From Pseudomonadota bacterium (GTDB lineage Bacteria; Pseudomonadota; Gammaproteobacteria; Pseudomonadales; Moraxellaceae): DNA of 24,000 bases. The notes below the pieces were generated by a model, which was given only the letters and a program-made list of their open reading frames with translations, was not told where the DNA came from and made no database searches. Below are positions 1-7,944 of the stretch, piece after piece. Each line of letters begins with the position of its first letter. Position 1 is the stretch's first letter. The position numbers were made by a program, and so were the translations under genes. The stretch spans positions 1 to 24,000 of the forward strand of contig JAJZUM010000016.1 of NCBI GenBank assembly GCA_021848605.1. Direction: 5' to 3'.

Positions 1-918
1 GACCGAATCGACATGCAAGATGCGATTCGGTTGATCAATCGCTGGGACGGTTTCCGAGCAAGGTTCCAGGCGCAGCAGCAAAGTGTGCTCATCATACGTC
101 GCGCATCGCGCCAGTACACATCGAGACCAGTCCTCCAGTTCAGGCACATCGATCTGAACCGGACTATCCTTGATGGCAAACCAATGGGTCAGAGAGCCTG
201 GTGAAACACCCCGAACAATGCAACGCAATTGGTCTTCAAGCGTGTCATGACGTACATGTTCAGGTAAAACTTGTCGGGAAGCTCGTTCAATAAGCTGACG
301 AGCAACCTTATTGAGAGGGTAAACCACCGCCGTATTGACCAAAAAAACCGGATGATTTGAAAGATCAAGGGTCAACTGCATCATCGTGTGCTGCCGACGT
401 TCTTCCAGCATCGATTCGGCAACCAAGGCCAGACGTTGCAAAATTCGTTCTTCCGCCTCGGTCAGCACCCTGCTTTGCCGATCCAGAACACAAAAAGTTC
501 CAAAGGCATGGCCACTTCCGGAGCGCAAAGGAACTCCAGCATAAAAACGGATTAGGGGTTGTCCACGAACCAAGGGATTTGCAGCGAAACGAGAGTCCTG
601 CAAGGCATCAGGGACCTTGAACAACTGGGCGCCAAGAATAGCATGGGCGCAAAATGCAACATCACGTCCTGTTTGCGTCGCTTCCAGTCCAAAATGACTC
701 TTAAACCACTGGCGATCACGATCCACCAGTGAAATCAGTGCCATAGGCACACCCAACAAATCGGAAGCCAATGAGGTCAAGGCATCAAAAGCCTGTTCAG
801 GAGCAGTATCAAGCACCCCAGTTAGTTGAAGATCAAGCAGCCTGGCCTCTTCATCCTCAGGTAGAGGAGCAGACGTCCATCCTGCATGTGCTGCCTCGCT
901 TACATCCTGCTCCTGCAT
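1..918 (-). CDS. GAF-domain sensor protein, N-terminal 306 codons (gene continues past window start)
   Basis: Absent from the ORF track because it is open at the window edge. The reverse-strand ATG at 918 reads MQEQDVSEAAHAGW...LLGVPMALISLVDRDRQWFKSHFGL...FCAHAIL...VPDALQDSRFAANPLV...IRFYAGVPL...GTFCVLD, a typical GAF pattern. The frame stays open to base 1. The final residues ...ILHVDSV might begin a GGDEF-type output domain; that is a guess. Confidence 0.75.
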   Translation of the reverse strand, partial: MQEQDVSEAAHAGWTSAPLPEDEEARLLDLQLTGVLDTAPEQAFDALTSLASDLLGVPMALISLVDRDRQWFKSHFGLEATQTGRDVAFCAHAILGAQLFKVPDALQDSRFAANPLVRGQPLIRFYAGVPLRSGSGHAFGTFCVLDRQSRVLTEAEERILQRLALVAESMLEERRQHTMMQLTLDLSNHPVFLVNTAVVYPLNKVARQLIERASRQVLPEHVRHDTLEDQLRCIVRGVSPGSLTHWFAIKDSPVQIDVPELEDWSRCVLARCATYDEHTLLLRLEPCSETVPAIDQPNRILHVDSV

Positions 919-1074
919 GACCCAAAACACCCCAACTGCCCAGAATTATTTTTTTAAGACAGACAAAGTATAGTGTAACTAAGCAGATAACCACGAAAAA
1001 CAAGGGTGTTCTGTAAACTGATTTCGACTAACACTTTGGGATTGTAACTAGGATATTGAATGCAAAAAAAAACC

Positions 1075-1101
1075 ATGGTCGGGGTGAGATGATTCGAACC
1101 T
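1075..1101 (-). repeat. Direct repeat of the tRNA-Pro 3' end (putative distal att site of an integrated element)
   Basis: atggtcggggtgagaTgattcgaacct here versus atggtcggggtgagaGgattcgaacct at 2682-2708. That is 27 nt with 1 mismatch, in the same orientation. Similarity to the tRNA stops after base 1101. Confidence 0.8.
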
Positions 1102-1257
1102 ATTATCCATAACCTTATGATTTAAAATACATTTGACCACACAAGCCCTTTCCGATATGAGATGTTATGCACTAAGATGCCTTTGTAAACAGTGGCTATG
1201 AGCGTTGAGATTTAGCCTGGTGCCGGCAGAGTATTTTTGTTATGGGTCGTTTGGCTA

Positions 1258-1286
1258 TTGCTAATTTAGTTTTGAAGACATATAAT
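1258..1286 (+). promoter_or_regulatory. Sigma70-like promoter candidate (TTGCTA, 17-nt spacer, TATAAT)
   Basis: TTGCTA at 1258-1263, an exact 17-nt spacer, and a consensus TATAAT at 1281-1286, in an AT-rich intergenic region upstream of the NYN gene. Confidence 0.35.
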
Positions 1287-1348
1287 TTTTACAACAACTA
1301 ATCCGACACTCCGGTGTGGCTTGACCATCTGGAAGTCGGACTGAAAAG

Positions 1349-1368
1349 CCGGCGAAAGCCGGTTTTTT
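1349..1368 (+). terminator. Intrinsic terminator-like hairpin (CCGGC-GAAA-GCCGG followed by T6)
   Basis: A 5-bp GC stem with a GAAA tetraloop at 1349-1362, followed by TTTTTT at 1363-1368. An upstream A-run can extend the stem. It lies 17 nt before the ATG at 1385. Confidence 0.5.
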
Positions 1369-1384
1369 CATTTTCAGGGAACAT

Positions 1385-2306
1385 ATGAGCCAATCAGTTA
1401 CCAAACCCTTGCGTATATGTAGATGGCTACAACTTTTATTATGGATGTCTGAAGGGCACTCACTACAAATGGCTCGATCTTTTCACCCTGTTCGATAAAC
1501 ACGTTATTCCATCTATTCTTTATGAGAAAGGTGGGCACCCAATCCAGGCAAATCTTGAGCCACTCGCTTTAAAGTACTTTACGGCGAAGATCCTCGGTGC
1601 TGCGGCCAAGGCGCAGGATTCGGTGTCATCGCAGGCGCGATACCACACAGCTCTCAAGAAACTATACGATGGCCGTATAGAAATAATCGAGGGCTACTAC
1701 GCGATGAATACGATGAAGGTGAAAATCGTCGATCCTGGCAACCCTCGTCGCCCTCCAAGGGAATGTAAGGAGATTCAAGCATGGAAGCTCGAGGAAAAGC
1801 AGTCGGATGTTAGCTTGGCACTTCATGCTTATCACGATGCTCTAACAAAAAGTGTCGATCAGGTCGTAATTGTTACGAACGACACTGATATTGCTCCAGC
1901 ACTTCAGATGATTCGCCAGCACACTAAGGCAACTATTGGCCTAGTTGTACCAACCAGGGACCACACCAGAGATCCCAACGCTGAGTTGGCCGATCATTCC
2001 CACTGGGTTCGTACCCATATCACTTTTGATGAGCTTAATAAAAGTCAATTGCCTCGTGTGATTCCAGGAAGAAAGGCTACTGTAAAACCCCAGTCGTGGT
2101 ACCCAAATCCAGAATTGTTTGCACAGATTCTTGAATTGGCTATCTCGATTCGTGGTAGCCGCTCAGATGTATTCAAATGGATGGATGAGCCCAATCCATA
2201 TCTTGCCGGGCAACGTCCGATCAATCTTATTGAAACTGTTGAAGGAGCCGGCAGCGTTCTGGAATATATCAAGACATGGATCGAACAGAACAAACAGACA
2301 TCTTGA
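1385..2306 (+). CDS. NYN-domain (LabA/PIN-like) protein with an MbcA/ParS/Xre-antitoxin-like (DUF2384-like) C-terminal domain; apparent 5' frameshift, possibly a pseudogene
   Basis: The frame of ORF 1623-2306 is open back to 1389 and reads ...VYVDGYNFYYGCLKGTHYKWLDL..., the N-terminal NYN signature. It has no in-frame start codon before the GTG at 1623. An ATG at 1385 with an AGGGA ribosome-binding site lies in another frame (MSQSVTKPLR) and meets the NYN frame at the TATAT run near 1414-1418. The C-terminus reads WMDEPNPYLAGQRPINLIETVEGAGSVLEYIKTWI. Confidence 0.65.
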
Positions 2307-2681
2307 ATGACGATTACAACTTTTACTGCAGGCTGAATTTGACGTCAGCAGCAGCATTCTCTCTAACCAATCATCAGTTAACTCTTTCCGTGGTTGTGTG
2401 CTTGGTCTTCCACCATGTAACAGTTCATCGGCAAAAGTATCTTCACCCAAACGGAATTTTGGTCTACTGCGTTTGGGGATGTGTGCCGCCATATTGAACC
2501 ACAATCCCTATCAATCAAGTGGATAAGGAAACAATACGACCAGACGCCAGAACAGTTGATGGAGGATCCGAGATTATGAGCGTCATACGCATGGGTCAAT
2601 TTTTTTGAGAATTGGACCAAGACTTGTAACAAACCGTGGCGTTTTAATGATTAAATTAAGTTAAATCAATAAATTGCAATT

Positions 2682-2759
<78 letters not shown>

Positions 2760-2833
2760 ATCGGTAGAAGGGAAACATTGTACTGCACTCATGTCCTACA
2801 GAAAAGTCTTATGAAGACCGTTGAGTAAAATTA

Positions 2834-3805
2834 TCAGGCAGTTCGATGCAAACCCAGTTCAGCAAGATCAATCATTGCCTGCCGATAAACGGAATCAGGA
2901 ACCTGCTCAAGAGCGGCAATCGCCATTTCGGATTCGCGGGCCGCCACGGCGCGGGCATAATCGGCTGCGCCACTGTCCCGAACAATATGAATAATGCGTT
3001 CGAGATGCTCAAGACCACCGGTTTGAATGGCATGACGAATGAGCCGGGCATCTTCAGGAGCAGCAACTTTCATAGCCTGAATCAGTGGCAAAGTTGGCTT
3101 GCCTTCAGCGAGATCATCGCCGACATTCTTGCCCATGGTGGTACTGCTGGAGAAATAATCCAGAACATCATCAATAATCTGGAACGCCGCACCAAGATGA
3201 CGCGCATAGCGGGCCATATCCTGACGCCAGCGTTGATCACCCAACACATTACCCGCTTCAGCTGCAGCCTCGAAGAGTTTGGCCGTCTTGCCATGAATGA
3301 CTTGCATGTAACGCTGTTCGGTTACATCCGGATCGCGCTGACTGATTAATTGCAACACTTCACCTTCAGAGATGACACAGGTACTGTTCGCCATCACTTC
3401 CAGCACATCCCGGTTTTTCAGATCGACAATAAGCTGGAAAGCCCTTGAAATCAGGTAATCACCACTGAGTACTGCCGTCGCATTGCCCCAAGCCGCATTC
3501 ACCGTCGCCCGACCCCGACGCAGACGTGATTCATCAACCACATCATCATGCAACAGGGTCGCGGTGTGCAAAATCTCGACCGTTGCTGCAACCGTGACAT
3601 GCTGCTGACCGGTATAACCACTGGCTCGAGCCGCCAGCAAACAGGTCAGTGGACGCAAACGTTTACCACCGCTGCCAATGATGTAATCAGCCACTTCATT
3701 GATCAAAGGAACATGGCTTTGCAGACAACGACGAATCTGTCGGTCCACCTCTGGAAAATCATCGCCTAGCAAGGCACACAGACGGGCAAATTCATTCGAA
3801 GACAT
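2834..3805 (-). CDS. ispB: Octaprenyl-diphosphate synthase (trans-polyprenyl diphosphate synthase)
   Basis: 323 aa. Both aspartate-rich motifs are present (LLHDDVVDES and FQIIDDVLDY), and length and layout match IspB. Confidence 0.9.
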   Translation of the reverse strand: MSSNEFARLCALLGDDFPEVDRQIRRCLQSHVPLINEVADYIIGSGGKRLRPLTCLLAARASGYTGQQHVTVAATVEILHTATLLHDDVVDESRLRRGRATVNAAWGNATAVLSGDYLISRAFQLIVDLKNRDVLEVMANSTCVISEGEVLQLISQRDPDVTEQRYMQVIHGKTAKLFEAAAEAGNVLGDQRWRQDMARYARHLGAAFQIIDDVLDYFSSSTTMGKNVGDDLAEGKPTLPLIQAMKVAAPEDARLIRHAIQTGGLEHLERIIHIVRDSGAADYARAVAARESEMAIAALEQVPDSVYRQAMIDLAELGLHRTA

Positions 3806-3924
3806 GCATCAGTTCCAAAACAGGGGATGTTGAGGCAGCTCAGGGATTTTAGAACCCCTGAAGGACAAAGGGCCATTATCCCCGAAAACCCCCTGTTTCG
3901 CCAAGGCTAAATCACAATACAGCA

Positions 3925-4998
3925 TCATGGACGCACAGAACTACCATTTTGGGCACGCTGACGCATGCAATGATCCATAAGAACGATTGCCAGCATAGCT
4001 TCAGCAATCGGTGTTGCCCGCACCCCCACACAGGGATCATGACGTCCCTTGGTCACTACATCTATGGCAGCACCAAAGCGATCAATACTTCGTCCAGGCG
4101 TCGTAATGCTGGAAGTAGGTTTCAGTGCCATGGTCACAACAATATCCTGACCGGAACTGATCCCCCCCAGGGTCCCACCGGCATGATTGGCCGTAAATCC
4201 CTCGGGTGTCATTTCGTCCCGATGGATATGCCCCCTCTGGTTAACAACGCCAAAACCATCGCCGATCGCGACCGCTTTAACAGCATTGATGCTCATCATG
4301 GCATGGGCTATGTCTGCATCGAGTCGATCAAACACGGGTTCACCCCAACCCGCTGGCACACCCTCGGCCACAACACGGATCTGGGCGCCGCAACTGCTAC
4401 CTTCACGACGCAATTGATGAATCAATGCTTCCATGGCCGGAACAACCTGAGGATCCCCACAGAAAAAGGGATTGCGGTTTACCTCATCCCAATCATGACT
4501 GACCGCAACGACATCACCCATCTGTTGCAAATGACCACGAACAAGAACGCCAAACTGCTCATACAGGTACTTACGAGCGATGGCACCGGCAGCGACCCGC
4601 ATAGCTGTTTCCCGGGCAGAAGACCGACCACCACCCCGATAATCGCGTACACCGTATTTCATCTGATACGTGTAATCGGCGTGGCCAGGTCGGAAAGAAT
4701 CCGCTATCGCACTGTAATCCTTGGATTTCTGATCCTCGTTACGAATCAGCAAGCCAATGGGTGTACCCGTTGTCCTGCCCTCAAAAACGCCCGAAAGTAT
4801 TTCGACCCGATCCGATTCTTGACGCTGGGTCGCAAACGATGAGGTCCCAGGCTTGCGACGATCCAGATCCGGTTGAATATCTTCTGCACTCAACAACAAA
4901 CCTGGAGGACAACCATCAACAATGGCTCCGAGGGCAGGTCCATGGGACTCTCCAAAGGTTGTTACCCGAAAAAGCTCACCAATACTGTTTCCAGCCAT
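3925..4998 (-). CDS. aroC: Chorismate synthase
   Basis: 357 aa starting [34 protein letters not shown], with matching chorismate synthase signatures throughout. Confidence 0.95.
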   Translation of the reverse strand: MAGNSIGELFRVTTFGESHGPALGAIVDGCPPGLLLSAEDIQPDLDRRKPGTSSFATQRQESDRVEILSGVFEGRTTGTPIGLLIRNEDQKSKDYSAIADSFRPGHADYTYQMKYGVRDYRGGGRSSARETAMRVAAGAIARKYLYEQFGVLVRGHLQQMGDVVAVSHDWDEVNRNPFFCGDPQVVPAMEALIHQLRREGSSCGAQIRVVAEGVPAGWGEPVFDRLDADIAHAMMSINAVKAVAIGDGFGVVNQRGHIHRDEMTPEGFTANHAGGTLGGISSGQDIVVTMALKPTSSITTPGRSIDRFGAAIDVVTKGRHDPCVGVRATPIAEAMLAIVLMDHCMRQRAQNGSSVRP

Positions 4999-5000
4999 GT

Positions 5001-5954
5001 TCAGCCAACCCGCCGCTTATCAAAGATCGCCTGATAGTCCTGCAGCTCCTGCTGGGTCAGTATCAGGACACCCTCGGCATCACTGTCAAACTCCAGCCAC
5101 TTGAAATCGATTTCGCGGTACTCCTGCTCCAGGTTCCAGCGTGATTCACCGACTTCAAGAATGAGAATGCCGTTTTCGTTGAGATGATCCCCAGCCTCTG
5201 CCAGAATGCGCCGCACCAAGTCCAGGCCGTCCCGCCCCGCCTCAAGCGCCAGTTCAGGTTCGAAGGTGTACTCTTGCGGAAGATCAGCCATCGATCCAGA
5301 ACTTACATAGGGCGGATTGCAGACAATCAAGTCATACATCTGGTCTTCAATCTGCTCAAACAGGTTTGAACGAATCAGCATCACCTGATCCTCGACCTCG
5401 TGGGTTTCAACATTGACCGCCGCCACTTCAAGGGCATCCTCAGACACATCCACAGCGTCGATGACCGCATCTGGATAAGCTTCTGCCAAGGCAATCGCAA
5501 TACAGCCACTACCCGTACACAAATCCAGAATTGATTCAGGTTCTTCCTGCAAATAATCATCAAAACGACGCTGAATGAGTTCAGCAATCGGCGAACGGGG
5601 AATGATAACTCGCTCATCCACGTAAAAAGGAAGATCACAGAAATAGGCAATATGAGTCAGATAACCCACGGGCTTGCGCTCAAACACACGCTGCTTGAGC
5701 ATTTCCAGAATGGATTTTTTCTCAAAACTGAGCAGACGGGCATCAAGAATCTCTGGATCAGCATCCCAGTGCAAATTCAGGTTGTACATGACAATGGCGG
5801 TTGCTTCTGCAAAAGGATCATCACTGCCATGGCCCAGATGCACTTCCGTAGTATTGAGGATGCTTACCGCAAAGCGGATAAAATCACGGATGGTATGCAG
5901 TTCCCAGCTTGCTTCCTCAAACTGCTGCATCAATTCATTCTCTTCGATCGCCAT
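5001..5954 (-). CDS. prmB: 50S ribosomal protein L3 glutamine N5-methyltransferase
   Basis: 317 aa. It aligns along its whole length with my recollection of E. coli PrmB ([30 protein letters not shown]). It sits immediately upstream of aroC, as in E. coli. Confidence 0.9.
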   Translation of the reverse strand: MAIEENELMQQFEEASWELHTIRDFIRFAVSILNTTEVHLGHGSDDPFAEATAIVMYNLNLHWDADPEILDARLLSFEKKSILEMLKQRVFERKPVGYLTHIAYFCDLPFYVDERVIIPRSPIAELIQRRFDDYLQEEPESILDLCTGSGCIAIALAEAYPDAVIDAVDVSEDALEVAAVNVETHEVEDQVMLIRSNLFEQIEDQMYDLIVCNPPYVSSGSMADLPQEYTFEPELALEAGRDGLDLVRRILAEAGDHLNENGILILEVGESRWNLEQEYREIDFKWLEFDSDAEGVLILTQQELQDYQAIFDKRRVG

Positions 5955-6053
5955 ATCCTGCTCTCTGCACTATTTTCGACATTATAAACCGGCCTTCCCA
6001 GTTTGGACACATTAAGGCCAAGGCAATCCCTGAAATGACCGGATAGGGTTTCT

Positions 6054-6130
6054 TTGACATCCTCCCCTAGCTACCCCTGAACCCATTGGGGTCTACGGAA
6101 ATGACGGGGTTTTAAGCACATACTGATAAC
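6054..6130 (-). repeat. Orphan IS200/IS605 right-end-like relic (copy 1), inverted relative to the intact IS
   Basis: The minus strand reads ...gcttaaaaccccgtcatttccgtagaccccaatgggttcaggggtagctaggggaGGATGTCAAag. The tail matches the intact element's right end (ggtgaGGATGTCAAg, 7866-7880). The core 6074-6117 matches 9744-9786 at 38 of 44 positions by hand alignment. Confidence 0.55.
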
Positions 6131-6260
6131 AAGAAGGCGATGTGCGATATTCCTGTCACGAAGTAAAGACCATTGCCAATCCACCCCCAAACAACCCATT
6201 CAATATGATCAGAAATGCGCGACAGACCTCGGCATTCAGGCCGGGGAAGGATAGCGCGGT

Positions 6261-6662
6261 TCACTCGGGGCGGTTTTGCTGCTCGATATACTGTTTGAGA
6301 ACAGAAATCGGTGCGCCGCCAACGCTACCCGCAAAGTAGCTTGGACTCCACAGTACTCCTTTGTAAAACCACTGGTGAAGTCTACCGTATTTCTGTGCTA
6401 ATCTCCGAGAACTAACCCCTTTCAGACTGTTTACCAGTTTGGACACTTGAACCTTGGGCGGGTAGTTCACCAAAAGGTGAACGTGGTTGTCCTCGCCATT
6501 GTATTCGGTTAATTCGCATTCAAAGTCTTTGCAGACCGATTCAAATATCCCTTTCAGAAAATCCAGTTGCTCCGATTCGAACACCTTGCGTCGGTACTTG
6601 GTCACGAAGACCAAATGAACGTGCATCATGTGGACAACGTGACGACCTTTGCGGATATTCAT
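6261..6662 (-). CDS. tnpA: IS200/IS605 family Y1 (HUH) transposase TnpA
   Basis: MNIRKGRHVVHMMHVHLVFVTKYRR..., the HUH motif HVHLLV, SPSYFAGSVGGAP, and a C-terminal LKQYIEQQ tyrosine. The ATG at 6662 is preferred over the track's TTG at 6671. Confidence 0.9.
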   Translation of the reverse strand: MNIRKGRHVVHMMHVHLVFVTKYRRKVFESEQLDFLKGIFESVCKDFECELTEYNGEDNHVHLLVNYPPKVQVSKLVNSLKGVSSRRLAQKYGRLHQWFYKGVLWSPSYFAGSVGGAPISVLKQYIEQQNRPE

Positions 6663-6727
6663 GTAGACCAACTTGTAATAATAGTATGTAAACTATAAAA
6701 TATTTGAATTGTACTGGATTAGACCAA

Positions 6728-7870
6728 ATGCCGTCAAAGACTAAGACTTTAAAAGTTCGCGTGAAAGATAAACACGCAAGGGAGCTTACAAGACAAGCTC
6801 TGGCGGTCAATTTTGTCTGGAACTACCTGAATGAACTCTCCCATCGCTCGATTAAGGAGAAAAGACGGTTTTTGTCTGCATTTGACATGCACAAATACAC
6901 GGTAGGGGCTGCAAAAGAACTTGGGTTGCACAGCCACACCCCGCAGGTCGTCGCCAAGGAATACTGTACCCGCCGCAAACAATTCAAGAAATCCAAGCTG
7001 GCATGGCGCAAGTCCAAGGGATCGGGTCGATCCTTGGGTTGGGTGCCGTTTAACACCGGCGCGGCTCAGTGGAAGCGTGGGCAGGTCTACTTCAACGGCC
7101 AGTATTACAAAGTCTGGGACAGCTACGGCCTTTCCAAGTACCGTTTCCGGGCCGGTTCGTTCAATGAAGATGCCCAAGGGCGCTGGTATTTCAATGTCGT
7201 GGTTGAAGTCAGCACAGAGGCAAGCACCCCTGAAAAGAGTGGGGTCTATAGACAGGGCACAGGATCAGTTGGTATTGACTTGGGCTGCAAGGATGCAGTG
7301 ACGGTCTCCGATGGCCAGCAGGTCACAGGGCGGCATTACCGCGCACTGGAGCAGAAATTAGCCACAGCGCAACGTGCCAAGAAGAAGAAACGGGTTAAGG
7401 CGATTCACGCCAAGATCAAGAACAAACGCAAAGAAGAACTGCATCAACTCAGCTGCAAACTCGTTAAAGAGAATGCAGCAATCATCGTTGGCAACGTATC
7501 ATCCCAAGTGCTCGTCAAAACCAATCAGGCAAAATCGGTTTTGGATGCAGGCTGGGGCATGTTCAAGACGATGCTGGAGTACAAATGCGCTCACGCAGGC
7601 GTAGTATTTGAAGTCGTCAACGAAGCCCATACCACCGTGACTTGCAGCGTCTGTAAAAAGCGCACTGGCCCACAAGGTCAGGAGGGTCTACGAATAAGAG
7701 AATGGACTTGTTGTGAGTGCGGTATCACGCATGACCGCGACATTAATGCCGCAAAGAACATTCTCGGCGCTTGTTCCAGACAGCGCTCTACCTCCTGCAT
7801 CCATGCAGTCGTCGCGCTCGGACATGAGCGTCTCGCAGGAGGAATCACTGCCGCCGTTTCAGGGCGGTGA
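6728..7870 (+). CDS. tnpB: TnpB (IS605 OrfB) RNA-guided endonuclease family protein, non-canonical RuvC-II position
   Basis: RuvC-I VGIDLG (Asp at 7277-7279). Zinc finger CSVC...CCEC. RuvC-III HDRDINAAKNI (7730-7762). DAGWGMFKTMLEYK is present. Where the RuvC-II Glu is expected the protein reads IIVGNVSS (7481-7504). The ATG at 6728 is preferred over the TTG at 6704. Confidence 0.9.
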   Translation: MPSKTKTLKVRVKDKHARELTRQALAVNFVWNYLNELSHRSIKEKRRFLSAFDMHKYTVGAAKELGLHSHTPQVVAKEYCTRRKQFKKSKLAWRKSKGSGRSLGWVPFNTGAAQWKRGQVYFNGQYYKVWDSYGLSKYRFRAGSFNEDAQGRWYFNVVVEVSTEASTPEKSGVYRQGTGSVGIDLGCKDAVTVSDGQQVTGRHYRALEQKLATAQRAKKKKRVKAIHAKIKNKRKEELHQLSCKLVKENAAIIVGNVSSQVLVKTNQAKSVLDAGWGMFKTMLEYKCAHAGVVFEVVNEAHTTVTCSVCKKRTGPQGQEGLRIREWTCCECGITHDRDINAAKNILGACSRQRSTSCIHAVVALGHERLAGGITAAVSGR

Positions 7871-7899
7871 GGATGTCAAGATCTGTGCTATCATATCTG
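7720..7899 (+). ncRNA. Predicted omega-RNA (reRNA) of TnpB, covering the tnpB 3' end, the right end and about 20 nt of flank as guide
   Basis: This is inferred only from the established TnpB architecture, in which the guide RNA is encoded at the 3' end of tnpB and the right end. The right-end hairpin is at 7851-7867 and the inferred element end at 7879. The 5' limit is a guess. Confidence 0.3.
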
Positions 7900-7944
7900 G
7901 CTCAATATGTTGCCTTAAGATATTTTTATTCTGGAATCTGGGTT

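Larger units (their letters stand above)
6204..7879 (+). mobile_element. IS200/IS605-family insertion sequence (divergent tnpA and tnpB); boundaries approximate
   Basis: A Y1 HUH transposase gene and a TnpB gene lie back to back. Similar subterminal hairpins are present: left end CCTCGGC-ATTCAG-GCCGGGG (6227-6246) and right end CCGCC-GTTTCAG-GGCGG (7851-7867). A TCAA motif sits at both inferred junctions (6200-6203 and 7876-7879). Confidence 0.8.

Noticed and set aside
2846-3349. A 167-aa plus-strand ORF antisense to ispB
   Set aside because: It is a shadow ORF inside a well-supported gene and has no recognisable domain.
3822-3866. Shared TTCAGGGG / CCCCTGAA motifs and hairpins between aroC and ispB that resemble the IS605 right-end relic
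   Set aside because: The similarity is limited to an 8-mer and a short stem, and the GAGGATGTCAA tail is absent. This is more likely an ordinary intergenic hairpin.
3949-4842. A 297-aa ORF on the plus strand, antisense to aroC
   Set aside because: It lies entirely within the strongly supported chorismate synthase gene on the opposite strand. The translation is low-complexity and rich in R, T and H, with no recognisable motif. This is a typical shadow ORF.
7867-7944. The N-terminal extension of the tpsB ORF in the track (MRMSRSVLSYLAQYVALRYFYSGIWV)
   Set aside because: This part overlaps the tnpB stop codon and the IS right end, and it precedes a perfectly good signal peptide. It is more likely non-coding leader than protein, and the GTG at 7945 is preferred.
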